Assembly: GCF_009914755.1 (NCBI RefSeq)
Contig: NC_060944.1
Source of the DNA: the human T2T-CHM13v2.0 reference genome, Homo sapiens
Strand: one strand, 5' to 3'
Length of the DNA stretch: 64,000 nucleotides
Position numbers and translations under genes: made by a program. Shown in pieces: positions 11,501 through 25,980 of this stretch. The notes beneath the pieces were generated by a model, which was not told where the DNA came from, did not search any database, and saw nothing but the letters and a program-made list of their open reading frames with translations. The number at the start of each line of letters is the position of its first letter. Position 1 is the stretch's first letter.

Positions 11501-14500
11501 TGGATTTACAGCTGAATTCTGCCAGACATACAAAGAAGAGCTGGTGTCAATTCTACTAAAACTATTTCAAAAATCAAGGAGAAGGGGATCCTCCATAACT
11601 CATTTTACAAAGCCAGCATCACCCTGATGCCAATACCTGGAAAACACACAATGGAAAAAGAAAACTACAAGCCAATATCCCTGATAAACATAGTCACAGA
11701 AATTCTTAACAAAATACTAGCAAACTAAATCCAGCAGCACATCACAAAGTTAATTTACCATGATCATTTCTGGGATGCAAGGTTGGTTCAACATATGTAA
11801 ATCAATAAGTGTGATTCACCACATAAACTGATGAAAAACAAAAACCATATGATCATCTCAATATATGTGCAAAAAGCTTTCAATAAAATCCAACATGTCT
11901 TCATGATAAAAACCCTCAACAAACTAGGCATTGAAGGAACATACCTCAAAATAATAAGAGCCATCTGTGACAAAACTACAGCCAACAACATGCTGAACAG
12001 GCAAAATCTGGAAGCATTCCCCTTGAGAAATGGAGCAAGACAAGATTGCCCACTCTTACAATACCTATTCAACATAGTACTGGAAGTCCTAGCGAGAGCA
12101 ATCAGGCAAGAGAAAAAAATAAAAGGCCCCCAAATAGGAAAAGAAGTAGTCAAGCTATCTCTCTTTGCTGATGAGATGATTCTATACCTTGAAAATCCTA
12201 AAGATTCTGCCAAAAGATTCCCAGACCTGATACACAACTTCAGTAAAGTTTCAGAATACAAAATCTATGTATAAAAATCAGCAGCATTTCTATACACCAA
12301 TAATGTTCATGCTGAGAGCCAAATCAAGAATACAATCCCATTTACAATAGCCAGAAAAAGGATAAAATACCTAGGAGTTTAACCAAGGAGATGAAAGATC
12401 TCTACAAGGTGATCTACAAAACACCTCTGACAGAAGTCATAGATGACACAAACAAATGGACAAACATTCCATGCTCATAGATTAGAAGACTCAATATTGT
12501 TAACATGGTCATACTTCCCAAAGCAATCTACAGATTCAATACTATTCCTATTAAACTACCAAAATCATTTTCACAGAATTAGAAAAACTACTCTAAAATT
12601 CATATGAAACCAAAAAGGAGCCCAAATAGCCAAAGTAAATCTAGGCAAAAAGAACAAAACCAGAAGCATCACATTACCCGACTTCAAACTATACTGTAAG
12701 CCTACAGTAACCAAAACAGCATGGTATATGCTACACACAGACCAATGTAACAGAATAGAGAACACAGAAATAAAGCCACATACCTACAACTATCTAATCT
12801 TCAACGAAGTTGACCAAAATAAGCAATGAGGGAAAGACTCCTTACTAAATGGTGCTGGGATAAGTAGCTAGCAATATGCAGAAGAATGAAACTGGATTGC
12901 TACCTTTCATGATATTATAAAAATTAACTCAAGATGGATTAAAGATTTAAATGACCTCAAACTATAAGAATCCTAGAAGAAATACTAGGAAACACCATTT
13001 TGAACATTGGTCTTGGGAAAGAATTTATGACTAAATTTTCAAAAACAATTGCCACTAACAAAAAATTTACAAGTGGGACCCAATTAAATTAAAGAGCTTC
13101 TGCACAGGCAAAGTCAACAGACCACCTATAGAAAGGGAGAAAATATTTACAAACTATGTATTCAACAAAGGACTAATATCTAAAATCTATAAGAAACTCA
13201 AACAATTGAAGAAGTAAAAAACAAAAAATTTCACTAAAAAGTGGGCAATATGAAGGCAAAATAAAGCAAATAATAAATAAAAAATAGGCAAAAGACATGA
13301 ACAGGCACTTCACAAAAGAACACATTTATTAAATAGGGAATCCTTTCTCCATTGCTTGTTTTTGTCAGGTTTGTCTAAGATTAGATGGTTGTAGATGTGT
13401 GATGTTATTTCTGAGGCCTCTGTTCTGTTCCATTGGTCTACATATCTGTTTTGGTACCAGTACCATGCTGTTTTGGTTACTCTAGCCTCATAGTATAGTT
13501 TGAAATCAGATAGCATGATGCCTCCAGTTCTGTTCTTTCTGCTTAGGATTGTCTTGGCTATACGGGCTCTTTTTTGGTTCCATATGAAATTTAAAGTAGT
13601 TTTTTTTTTCTAATTCTGTTAAGAAAGTCAATGGTAGCTTAATGGGAATAGCATTGAATCTATAAATTACTTCGGGCAGTATGGCCATTTTCATGACATT
13701 GATTCTTCCTGTCCATGAGCATGGAATGTTTTTCCATTTGTTTGTGTCCCCTCTTATTTCCTTGAGCAGTAGTTTGTAGTTTTCCTTGAAGAGGTCCTTC
13801 ACAACCCTTGTAAATTGTATTTCTAGGTATTTTATTCTCTTTGTAGCAATTGTGAATGGGAGTTTACTCATGATTTGTCTCTCTGCTTGTCTATTATTGG
13901 ATACAGGGAGGGGAACATCACACACTGGGGCTTGTTGGGGGTTGGGGGCAAGGGGAGGGTGAGCTTTAGGACAAATTCCTAATGCATGCAGGACCTAAAA
14001 CTTAGATGATGGGTTGATAGGTGTGGCAAACCACCATGGCACATGTAAGCTTATCTAACAAACCTCTGCACACGTTCTGCACATGTATCCCAGAGCTTAA
14101 AGTAAAAAATAAACAAAAAAAACAAAAAAAACAAAAAACACACACATATATGTGGCCAGCAAACATGAAAAAACACATCACTAATCATCAGAGAAATGCA
14201 AATCAAAACCACAATGAGATACCAGTCAGAATGGCTATTACTAAAAAGTCAAAAAACAACATGGCCGTTGAGGCTGTGGAGAAAAGGGAACGCTTATACA
14301 CTGTTGAGGGGAATGTAAATTAGTTCAGCCACTATGGGAAGCAGTTTGGCGATTTTTTAATGAAAACAGAACTATCATTTGACCTAGCAATCCCATTACT
14401 GGGTATACATGCAAGGGAAAATAAATCATTCTACCAAGAAGACACATGCACCTGTATATTGGCTGCAGCACTTTTCATAATAGCAAAGACATGGAATCAA

Positions 14501-14910
14501 CCTAGATGCCCATCAATGATGGATTGGATAAAAAAAATGTGGTGCACATACACTGTGGAATATTGTGCAGCCATAAAAAGAATGAAACCATGTCCTCTGC
14601 AGCAACATGGATGCAGATGGAGGCCATTATTCTAAGTAAAGTGATGGAGTAACAGAAAACCAAATATTACATGTTCTCACTTATAAGTGGGACCTAATCA
14701 CATGTGGACATACAGATGTCAACAAAAGACACTGGGACTCCAAAAGGGGGAAGAGAGGTAGGGAAGCAAGAGTTGAAAAACTATTGGGTACTATGATCAC
14801 CATCTGGGTTATAGGATCATTTGTACCTCAAATCTCAGCATCATGCAATATACCCATGTAACAAACCTTCACGTGAATCTAAAATAAAAGCTGAAATTAC
14901 CAAAGAAAAA
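8575..14910 (+). mobile_element. Near full-length, inactivated old primate L1 (L1PA15/16- or L1PREC2-like): part of 5'UTR, ORF1 and ORF2 remnants, 3'UTR
   Basis: ORF2 fragments in the ORF track (10184-10420 endonuclease 'CCVQETYL'; 11831-12274 RT 'GARQDCPL...[10 protein letters not shown]'; 14360-14635 C-terminus); 3' end 'aatctaaaataaaagctgaaatt'; many stops and frameshifts; 5' boundary uncertain. Confidence 0.9.
13323..14140 (+). mobile_element. Younger 5'-inverted L1PA nested in the older L1
   Basis: Antisense ORF2 segment ~13323-13898, then sense 3'UTR 'ttggatacagggaggggaacatcacacac' and A-tail; host L1 resumes at 'catatatgtggcc'. Confidence 0.85.
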
Positions 14911-16599
14911 TACTAGATAATTTTTCAACTTGCTTTATTTTCAAAAGAACTATGGGAACCTTTTTATGTTACATCCAGTGACATACCCAGAATATTTGAA
15001 GCTGGAGCAAAACATTTTTTTTTTTAAAACATCTCCTCTCATCTATATAACAAAATTATTTTCAATAGTAACCATGTAATAATCATTAAAATAATTATTC
15101 CCTTGACTTAATGTTTATTATTTCTAGATGTAGTCTTTAATTTTAAAACAACTAACAAAATAAGAAAAATAACGTTTAATTTAAAAAATAGTCCTTACAG
15201 CCAGTAAAACGTTTCATGAACAAGCTAAAATTTGCCCTTATCAAACAAAATGACTAACTTTGCAGTTTGTGCACTGTTTCGCTGTTTTAAATTTCAACCA
15301 CAAATAAAAACTCCAAGGAGTCACATAAAATGATAGAATTGAAGTAACTCAAATTGTTTCTTTGTCTTTACCATGATTGTGCTATCCTTGTTTATTTTGA
15401 CTCTTTTGTTTAACTGAGACTTATGTAGTGTTGTGGGAGTCATATTTGTGATCTGTGCTCAAAGCAGGCACCCAAAGGAAGCTGCAAATCTTATCTAACA
15501 TTACGAACTTGCTCTCAAAGCAACTGTATGTAACTGAGTCCTTGTGTGAGAGCTGAAGGTACAGCTGAAGTTCTTTTAATTAATTTCCATGTGGAATATA
15601 ATGTTTATTAAAGGATAAGTAATAAATACATGTGATTATTTTTTATTTTGAAATTTACATATACATTGCCCAAGCCCAACAATTACTGCAATGACTGTTT
15701 AGAACTTAGAACAAAAAAGATTTTTTTTTTTTCAGGGAAGAGTATTGTATCACTGACATTATTTAGCATCCCCTGCACAAGGAGGCACATGGCAATGAAT
15801 GGAATGGAATCAGATGGACTTTTGGTTACTTTTAGCATTGCTTTCAAATTCTCTTAGGTAACACACCACTCATTGTCTGCACATGGGGAAGGCCTTGCCC
15901 ACCACCCTGGGCCTGCCATTGCTTGCAGCTCTGATGGGCCACTTGTCTCTGCATAGGGGAAGGGAAAGGAGCTTAGGCTGCAGTCTGAATTTCAGTGGGG
16001 AAGTGGGAAGGGGAAGAGAGGTGGAGAGGGTAGTGGTGGTCGGTAGAGGAGGAGACTAAATCTGTGAGTTCAGTATATGTGTGTGTTCTCAACTGTGAGC
16101 TAAGGGCTTGAGTAGGCAAGCAGCAGATTAGCCTGTTTCTGTCAAATCCTGACACTTGAAGAAAACACTGTAATTTGATACAATGAAAAGGTCTTAGATT
16201 TCACTAAAGTCTTTTGAAGAAATTGCGACACAATCATTGGCGATTGAGTGAAATCTTGGAAATGAACTAGGCAGCAGAAGGGTGGATAAATTCGGGCCCA
16301 GGAAGCACTCCCTGGACTGTGGTGTTGTTGCTGATTTCTGCTGTTTGTGGTGAGAAACAAGGTTGGGCCAATTAACAAAGGGAAAAAGTTAATTCCATGT
16401 TTCTTAATCAGTTTACATGTTCATAATTGTTTCGTGGACATGTGATGATTTGTTACTTGACTGATACTTCCCACACCACTTCCTCAAGTTCAAACTGCAA
16501 TGTCCCACATCACTTCTGTTGGTCAAGTCTTAGGCACTGCCAAATCTTGATCCACTCATTCCCTCTCTGCTTTTCCTCCATCTTCCCTATTCCAGTCAA

Positions 16600-17560
16600 A
16601 GACACCTTCCATTTCACCTTTGTGACCTCTTAACCTCCTAATCACCACATCCAATTTGTGAGCAAGTTCTGTTTGCTGCCTGTAAAACATACTCTAGATC
16701 TGACTCTTACCTCCTCTACCCTTATCAATCTTGTACCATCCTTGATGTCTCCAGTCTGGACTCTATCCACGCCTTCTCTCTGGTCCTTCTGCTTCCGTCC
16801 TTACCTCCCTGTGGTAATTCACCATGGCATTCATTAAAAATTGAATCCCTTGGCCGGACATACTGGTTCACACCTGTAATCTCAGTACCTTGGGAACCTG
16901 AGGTGGGGGGATCACTGTAGGCCAGGAGTTTGAGACCAGCCTGGGCATCATAGTGAGACACTGTCTCTACAAAAAACTAAAAATAAAATAAGTTAGCCAG
17001 GCATAGTGGTTCATGCCTTTAGTCCTATTTACTCAGTAGGCTAAGAGGGGAGCATCTCTTGAGCCCAGGAGTTCGAGGCTGCAGTGAGCAGAGATAGTGC
17101 CACCGCACTCCAGCAAAAGTGGCAGGGTGAGACTCTGTTTCTTAAATAAAAGAAAAAAAAAATGAATCCCTTTATGTCATTCCTCAGTTCTTAAAACCCT
17201 CAAGTGTTTTCTACTGCACTTGGAATAAAATCTAGCTTCTTTACTATCACCTAGAAAGCTGCAAAGCCTGCTTCTTCTCATTTCCAGTCCTCTTCTCAAA
17301 TGCTGCCTCTAAGATGCTTTCTGAGCTTCCACGACTCACTCTATAGCTAACCCCTTGGCCTGCTTTGCTGTTCAGAGAGATTTTTCCAGTGGCTGAAACT
17401 GTATTTGTTTGCTTTTGGTCTCCCCATACTAGACTATGAGCTGTATGAGGGCAGGGCTTTATCTTTGCCACTGCACCTCAGTAAATATAATAGTGCCTGG
17501 CCCATAGAAGGCATTGAATCAATACTTGTTGAATGAGTGAATGTGTGAATGATGAATACA
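16600..17560 (-). mobile_element. L2 (interrupted by an Alu)
   Basis: L2-type text ending 'agtgcctggcccatagaaggcattgaatcaatacttgttgaatgagtgaatg'; strand assignment tentative. Confidence 0.6.
16852..17162 (+). mobile_element. AluJ
   Basis: Diverged dimeric Alu with A-tail; TSD aaaaa(t/a)tgaatccctt at 16836-16851 and ~17157-17172. Confidence 0.9.
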
Positions 17561-19299
17561 TAAAGGAATACACAGCCTCCTAATTCCTTTACTTATGTCA
17601 AGACGCAGGATCAAGGCTCTCATTCTCCTGCAATCTTCCCCTATTTCCCTATTGATATTGACTTGCTCCTTTCTCTGGACTAATTTATACTTACCTGTAA
17701 TGTGCTGCTTATTTTATTCTGCCTTATGGAAGTATTTGCTTACTTTTCAGTCTCCCTTCCCAGCTGCATGATCCAGAGAGCCAGGCCTCTCCTTTGCCAT
17801 CTATATATCCTGAGCAGGCCCTGCAGATGGGTGTGCAAGCCACATGTTTCAATAAAGGGCTTAACTGATGTTAAAGGGTTTTAACCATTTAAAAAAGAAT
17901 TTATGTGCTGCAAAAAGAACCTTACACAGATCTGCATTCTGAAGTGTATTTGAATTGCATAAAGCTATAATTTGGCCTTTAATTTTATTCTAATGCCCAC
18001 TTTTAAACTCTGCCTAAGGAGTGTTTTTTGTGTTGTGGCTTGGTGGCCCCATGCTGACCTATTTCATTTCCAGCTGAAGGGACGCTGGAATCCTAGTTTG
18101 AAAATTCAATTAGAAAGAATTAAATTTAAATATATAATATCAACTAAAACCATATTTTTTTCTCATTATTGGAAAGCCCAAGAGAGCATAAAGCCCATAC
18201 TGATTAAAGATCTCTGCTCTTATTGACAGGCAATGTCAATATATAACTGCACATAACAATATATAACTGCATATAACAAACAGTTTCCTAGAACAATCTC
18301 TTATCCACAAGGGGGGAAAGTCATTCCCAGATTGGATGTTTTTTGTTTGCTTATTTGTTTATTTAGCAAATCTAAACGTTCATTTGTTGTCTTAGGATCT
18401 CAAACATTTTAACTTCATTTCAATTACTGAACTTAAATGCATTTCTTTTGAAAGCAGGGCAAAACATCCGCGATAGAAAGTGCACAGCACCAACAAAACA
18501 CACCTGCCTCACAGAATCTTATATCCAGCCCAAGAAAATCATGCATCATTTAGAACCATTGTGCGTTATGGGCTACATATTTCTGCTGTTCTTGATGCTA
18601 AAATGAGATGTTTAAGATGTTCCCTAATTCTTTCACCTGGCTTTGGAGGGAAGGTAAGCAAAGGAAATATCACCTCTGCGTAGTACACATGGACATTTAT
18701 TTTTAAAATAGCTTTGATTTTTGAATAACCAAAGGGAGTAATAGAAGTACAGGGATTTCTTTTTCTCTTTGATATTTTCTAATAGGAAATTTCAGAAAAA
18801 CTATGAAGAAGGAAACATAATTAACTTTTCAAGCCACATTTCAATTATTTTAACAATCAACTTGGGTTTCTTTCTTTTTCCCTTGCGTTAATCTGCCATC
18901 CTGTAAATAGGGCAGATAATTAGGTCATGAGAAAAAGAAAAGAAAGTCTGAGATAAAATCCATTAAATTGCAAATTTCAATATTACTGCAAGTATAAAAA
19001 ACAGCAAAACAAGTATTTTATGTGTATTTATTTTAAGCTCATGCTATTTTAGAGATAATAGCCCTATCTATAAAATAATGTGAGACATACAGATATGCCT
19101 GAAACTTTTATAATATCATATTTCAATTCATTGAGTTATATTTCTAGAGCCAAATTAATACATTTGTGCTGAAGTTTAAAAAATGACATTAGCTTATTAT
19201 AAGACTAATACTGCAACAATGAACACTTATTTGTATAATTTTACTCCAAAATTTAGATATTTACAAATAATGGGGTCTATGTATAACAGAATAAGTACA

Positions 19300-19410
19300 T
19301 ATCTAGTGGTTAAAAGCACGTTTTTCTTTTGCTGACAGACAATTTATTCCAGTTCTGGCCTCACCATTTACTAACCATGTAAAGTTGGGTGAATTACCCA
19401 GCTTTGGTTA
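19300..19410 (+). mobile_element. MIR fragment
   Basis: 'tagtggttaaaagcacg...ctcaccatttactaaccatgtaaagttgggtgaattac'. Confidence 0.55.
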
Positions 19411-19679
19411 GCGTTTTTGGTTGTGAGCCGCTAAGACTCTGGCTTACTTAGGGATAGAAGGAATTAATTGAAAGGATGAGAGATGGGAAAACAGACAGGT
19501 ACAGGGAAACGAGATAGCAGAGCACAGCTGGGAACCTATGCCCGGCACATGTGTCTAAGGGCCGCTGTCATCATACCCGGACATGGTTGCCTTTACTGCA
19601 CTAGACACTACCATGGCCACCCTTGGCAAATAGGATGGAGGCCTGTAGTGTTGGAGAGCCCCAGGATTCAGTCCTTGGT

Positions 19680-20212
19680 CCTCTTCTCGTCACCATTTAT
19701 GCAATTCCTTTGTAATGTCACTTGGTTTTAAATATTATCTCTTTGATGCTAACTCCCAAATTTAAACCTCTGTTTGGACCTCTTCTCTGAACCCCAGACT
19801 CACATCCATTCAGTTGCTTACTTCAACGTCTCCACTGGGCTATGCCAGAGAAAACTCAACACAACATGTCCAAAAAACTTCTTTTCTTCCCCTCCTCCTT
19901 CAGCTTGCATCTGTCATTCTCATTTCAGTTGAGTGACTCCACCCTTCCCCTTCTTCACTCTTTTCTTCTTCTCACATCTCACCTGCAGTCCATTAGAAAA
20001 TTCTCCCGGTTCCATTATTAGAATGCATCCAGAATCTGACCTCTTCTCTCCTCTACTGCTCCTGCACTGATTGGAGCCACCATCATCTCTCATCTAGGCT
20101 GTCGCACTAGCCCCTTGTAAAAGGCTTCTTGCGTCTATCTTTGACTCCATCCACCTCTGTCATATTCTATTTTTAGCACAGCAGCCAGAGTGATCATGTT
20201 AAAATGCCAATC
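19680..20212 (-). mobile_element. L2 fragment
   Basis: 'aactcccaaattta...cacagcagccagagtgatc', continuing at ~21690 'aaatcagatcat'; strand assignment tentative. Confidence 0.65.
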
Positions 20213-21342
20213 AGGTTTTTGTTTGAAGATGATTTTCATTGAACTTGGCTAAATAGCTAGGAATGAGATTTCTGGATTGTATGATAAGTGTATGTATAAC
20301 ATTATAAGAAACTGCCAAATTGTTATCCAAAAATGGCCATACATTCTGCATTCCCACCAGCAATGTATAAGAGTTCCAGTTGCTCCAATTCCTCCCCAGT
20401 GCTTGGTATTTCCAGGCTTTGTTTTGTTTTGTTTTCCATCTAATAAGGGCATAGTGATAACTCATTGTGGTTGTAAGTCGCACTTCTCTAATGACAAATG
20501 ATCTTGAGCATCTTTCCATTATGGTTATTTGCCATTTTGTATCTTCCTTGATCACATATTTACTGAAATCTTTTGCCCGTGTAAAATTTGGGTTGCTTTA
20601 TTATTATGGAGTTTTGAGAGTTCTTTGTATATTCTAGATATGTCCTTTATTAGATATGTTATTTACAAATACCTTCTAGTCTGTGGCTTGTCTTTTTATT
20701 TTCTTAACAGTGCCTTTCACAAAGCAGAAGTTTTTAATTTTGATGAAGTTCAATGTATCAATTTACTCTTTTATGGATCATTTTTTTTTCTGTTATAGCT
20801 AGGAATGTTTGATCAACTAAGGTCATACAAATTTTTCTAGAAGTTTTATAGTTTTCAATTTTACATTTAGATCTGTGATCCATTTTGAGTTATGCAAATT
20901 TTTATAGCAGCTTTATTCATAATTTCCATAACTAGAAACAACCCAACGTCCTTTAACTAGACAATGGAGAAACAGATTGTCGTATATCCATACAATGGAT
21001 ATAAAAAAAACTAAGTATCACTACACACAATGGAAGAAATGAATTTCAAATGTATTACGCAAAGTAAAAGAAGTCAGACTCACAAGGCTGCATGCTATAT
21101 AATTCCATTTATTTTGTATTCTGGAAAAGGCAAAGCTATAAAGATGGGAAACAGGCCCTTGCCAGGAACTGGAAACAGGGGAGAGGGGTTGACTACAGAG
21201 ACAGGAGAATTTTTGGAAGTGATAGAACTGTTCTATATCTTGATTGTGGTGGTGGTTGCATGACTGTGCTTGTTTGTCAAAACTCACAGAATTGTACACA
21301 AAAAAGAATAAACTTTATACTATGTAAATTATACCTTAATAG
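20213..21342 (+). mobile_element. Old L1M (L1MB/MC-like) with 5' inversion
   Basis: Antisense block 20213-~20890 followed by a sense 3' end from ~20891; the two blocks are contiguous in the recalled L1 consensus. Confidence 0.75.
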
Positions 21343-21351
21343 AAAATAACT

Positions 21352-21644
21352 GAGTTGTACATTTGTTACATTTGATGAACTCCCAATGACATGTCATTGT
21401 CTCCTAGACTCCTTAGTTTACCCATAGTCGAACCCATTAGGGTTCCTTCTTGGTGCTGTACAGTCTATGGGTTTAGACAAATGTGTAAGGAAAGTAAGTT
21501 CATCAGTTGTAACAAACGTACTAGTGGGGGATGTTGACAATGGGGGATGCTATGCAACAGTGGAGGCAGAGTGTATATAGGGTATTTATGTACCTTTCTG
21601 TCAATTTTTCTGTGAATCTGAAACTGATCTAATAAAGACTTTTA
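21352..21644 (+). mobile_element. Short L1MC-like 3' end with 5' inversion, inserted in the tail of the previous L1
   Basis: Antisense ~21352-21489, sense ~21493-21644; flanking AAAATAACT at 21343-21351 and 21645-21653. Confidence 0.7.
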
Positions 21645-21992
21645 AAAATAACTAAAATAAATCTTAACTTGGTAAATAATAAAGTGTAAATCAGATCATT
21701 AATACCTTGGCTCGAAACATTTCTTCTGGGAATGAAATTTTAAAAATTCAAAGAAAATACAGTAGCATCTGCTGGACACATCATAAACTACTAGTTAGGT
21801 AGTTAATAGTTTTAGCATTAGACTGTGTGACATTACTTTTGATGATATTACAGTTTTGCAAAAAAAAGGTACAATCTTAGAAATTAACAAGGAAGCACTG
21901 CATGAAAATTAAAGTAGACTAGGAAATGAGAGTGGCAAGGTCCAATCTGATTGTAAGAATCGAGAAGTTGTAACATTGCCCAACAGGACACC

Positions 21993-22779
21993 TGTCAACC
22001 TTAAATAACGAGATTCAGAAAATATGATTAAGTATGGAGTTTATTTGAGCACAAAGATTGAGAATGGCCTCCACAGAAACACCAATTCCGAATAAATGGG
22101 GTCAGCATTCCAAAGTGGAAAAGTTAAAGTTTTACTTACATAGGCAGAGACAGAGAAGTTCCAGAAGGATTACAATTTCTTTCTTCTTTTTCTTTCTTTC
22201 TTTCTTTTTTTTGAGATGGAGTCTCACTCTGTCACCCAGGCTGGAGTGCAGTGACACAATCTTGGCTCACTGCAACCTCTGCCTCCTGGGTTCAAGTGAT
22301 TCTTATGCCTCAGCCTCCTGAGTAGCTGGGACCACAGGCACACACCACCACGCCTGGCTAATTTTTGTATTTCTAGTAGAAGCGGAGTTCCACCATGTTT
22401 CCCAGGCTGGTCTCTAACTCCTGACCTCAGGTGGTCCGCTTGCCTCGGCCTCCCAAAGTGCTGGGATTACAGGCATGAGCCACCACGCCTGGCCAGGATT
22501 ACATTTTCTATACAAGATCAGTGTGTATGCTATGGTGATTCGATTGATTATAGATTGCTATGTTCCAAGGAAGATCAGTTTATTACTCCATGAGGAGGGG
22601 CAATGATCTGAGGAGGTCTCTTTTCTCTGGTGCCATTTAATCTTAATTGTTTACAGGAAATAAAAAAGGCAGAGGTTGCAGCCATATGCCATGTGACTCA
22701 AGCTGCATAGCTATATTCCTCTCAAGGCTTGGAATGATTTAAGTTCCAACAGCTTTAAGTTTGAATATTTAATTTCACA
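21993..22779 (-). repeat. 3' LTR of the provirus (contains an AluS)
   Basis: Plus strand starts tgtcaaccttaaataac and ends ttaatttcaca; followed by tttccccctttt (PPT AAAAGGGGGAAA on minus). Confidence 0.92.
22181..22494 (-). mobile_element. AluS in the 3' LTR
   Basis: Full antisense Alu; 15-bp TSD aggattaca(a/t)tttct at 22166-22180 and 22495-22509; absent from the other LTR. Confidence 0.95.
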
Positions 22780-22790
22780 TTTCCCCCTTT

Positions 22791-23604
22791 TTAATGTTTT
22801 ATTTTTATGGGTTTTTGAGGAACAGGTGGTATTTGGTTACATGAGTAAGTTTTTTAGTGACAATTTGTGAGATTTTGGTGCACCCAGCATCTGAGCAATA
22901 TACAATGAACCCAATGTGTAGTCTTTTTATCCCTCACCCCCTTCCCACCCTTTCCCTTGAGTCTCCAAAGTCCATTGTATCATTCTTATGACTTCACATC
23001 CTCATAGCTTAGCTCCCACTTATGAGTAAGAACATATGGTATTTGGTTTTCCATTCCTGAGTTACTTCACTTAGAATAGTAGTCTCCAGTTACAGCCAGG
23101 TTGCTGAGAGAAATGAGACAAGAGAAAGAAATAAAGGCCATCCAAATTGGTAAACAGGAAGTCAAACTGTTGCTGTTTGTTGATGATATTATTGTATACC
23201 TAGAAAACCCTAAAGACTCCTCCAAAAAGCTCCTAGAATGAACAAAGGAATTCAGCAAAGTTTCAGGATACAAAATTAATGTACACAAATAAGTAGCTCT
23301 TCTATACACCAACAGTGACCAAGTTGAGGATCAAATCAAGAACTCAACCCCTTTTACAATAGCTGCAAAAAAAGTAAAATACTTGGGAATATACCCAGCC
23401 AAGGATATGAAAGACCTCTACACGGAAAACTACAAAACACTGCTGAAATAAGTCATAGGTGGCACAAACAAATGGAAACATATCCCATGCTCATGGATGG
23501 GTAGAATCAATATTGTAAAAATGACCATACTGCCAAAAGCAATCTACAAATTCAACGCAATTCCCATCAAAATACCACCGTCATTCTTCACATAACTAGA
23601 AAAA
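22791..23604 (-). mobile_element. L1PB-like insertion with 5' inversion, in the proviral PPT
   Basis: Antisense L1PB 3' end to 23106, then a sense ORF2 block from 23107; 14-bp TSD acattt(c/t)ccccttt at 22777-22790 and 23605-23618. Confidence 0.88.
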
Positions 23605-23899
23605 ACATTTTCCCCTTTAAATTGAGATCTTTCAAAGAAAGGATTTTAGATGAACTCAAATGGTTTTGGCTCGTATTATGTTCAGGAGCTTAGTCCGTGT
23701 CTTCAGGAATGCTCATTCCCAGTGTCATGTTTCAGAGTAGGGGGCTGGGGGAGAAGGAAGTTTTCAGGCTGCAAAGCTGACAAGATACAGATCAAATTTA
23801 AAGTAACAGGAAGGAAGTGACTTTGTGATCTGCATCTTTCATTAATGCAATTATTTGAGTGACCATTATTTTAGTTTGTTCATTTGTGTGTTGTGTGTT

Positions 23900-25560
<1,661 letters not shown>

Positions 25561-25725
25561 CTTTCTCCATCTATTGACAAGTATTAATATTAAGCAATAG
25601 TTTAGATGCTGGTGTGATCTGGTACCTTGGGAACGCTGACTAGCTCAGATGTTGTCTTCTTATCCTTGCTGCTTCTGTAGAATTTTAATTTTAGTTCACC
25701 TGTTTGAGATGAAGTCCAAATTGGA

Positions 25726-25980
25726 CTTACGACTTCACATCCTCATAGCTTAGCTCCCACTTATGAGTAAGAACATATGGTATTTGGTTTTCCATTTCTG
25801 AGTTACTTCACTTAGAATAGTAGTCTCCTGTTACAACCAGGTTGCTGAGAGCAATGAGACAAGAGAAAAAAATAAAGGCCATCCAAATTGGTAAAGAGGA
25901 AGTCAAACTGTTGCTGTTTGCTGATGATATTATTGTATACCTAGAAAACCCTAAAGACTCCTCCAAAAAGCTCCTAGAAT
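25726..25980. repeat. 255-bp direct copy of 22985-23239 (L1 inversion junction) inserted at the end of integrase
   Basis: Collinear at offset 2741, no indels, 8 mismatches by manual comparison. Confidence 0.95.

Noticed and set aside
18237-18276. 20-bp tandem duplication (also 499-518, 9342-9386, ~34018-34044)
   Set aside because: Ordinary small tandem duplications, common genome-wide
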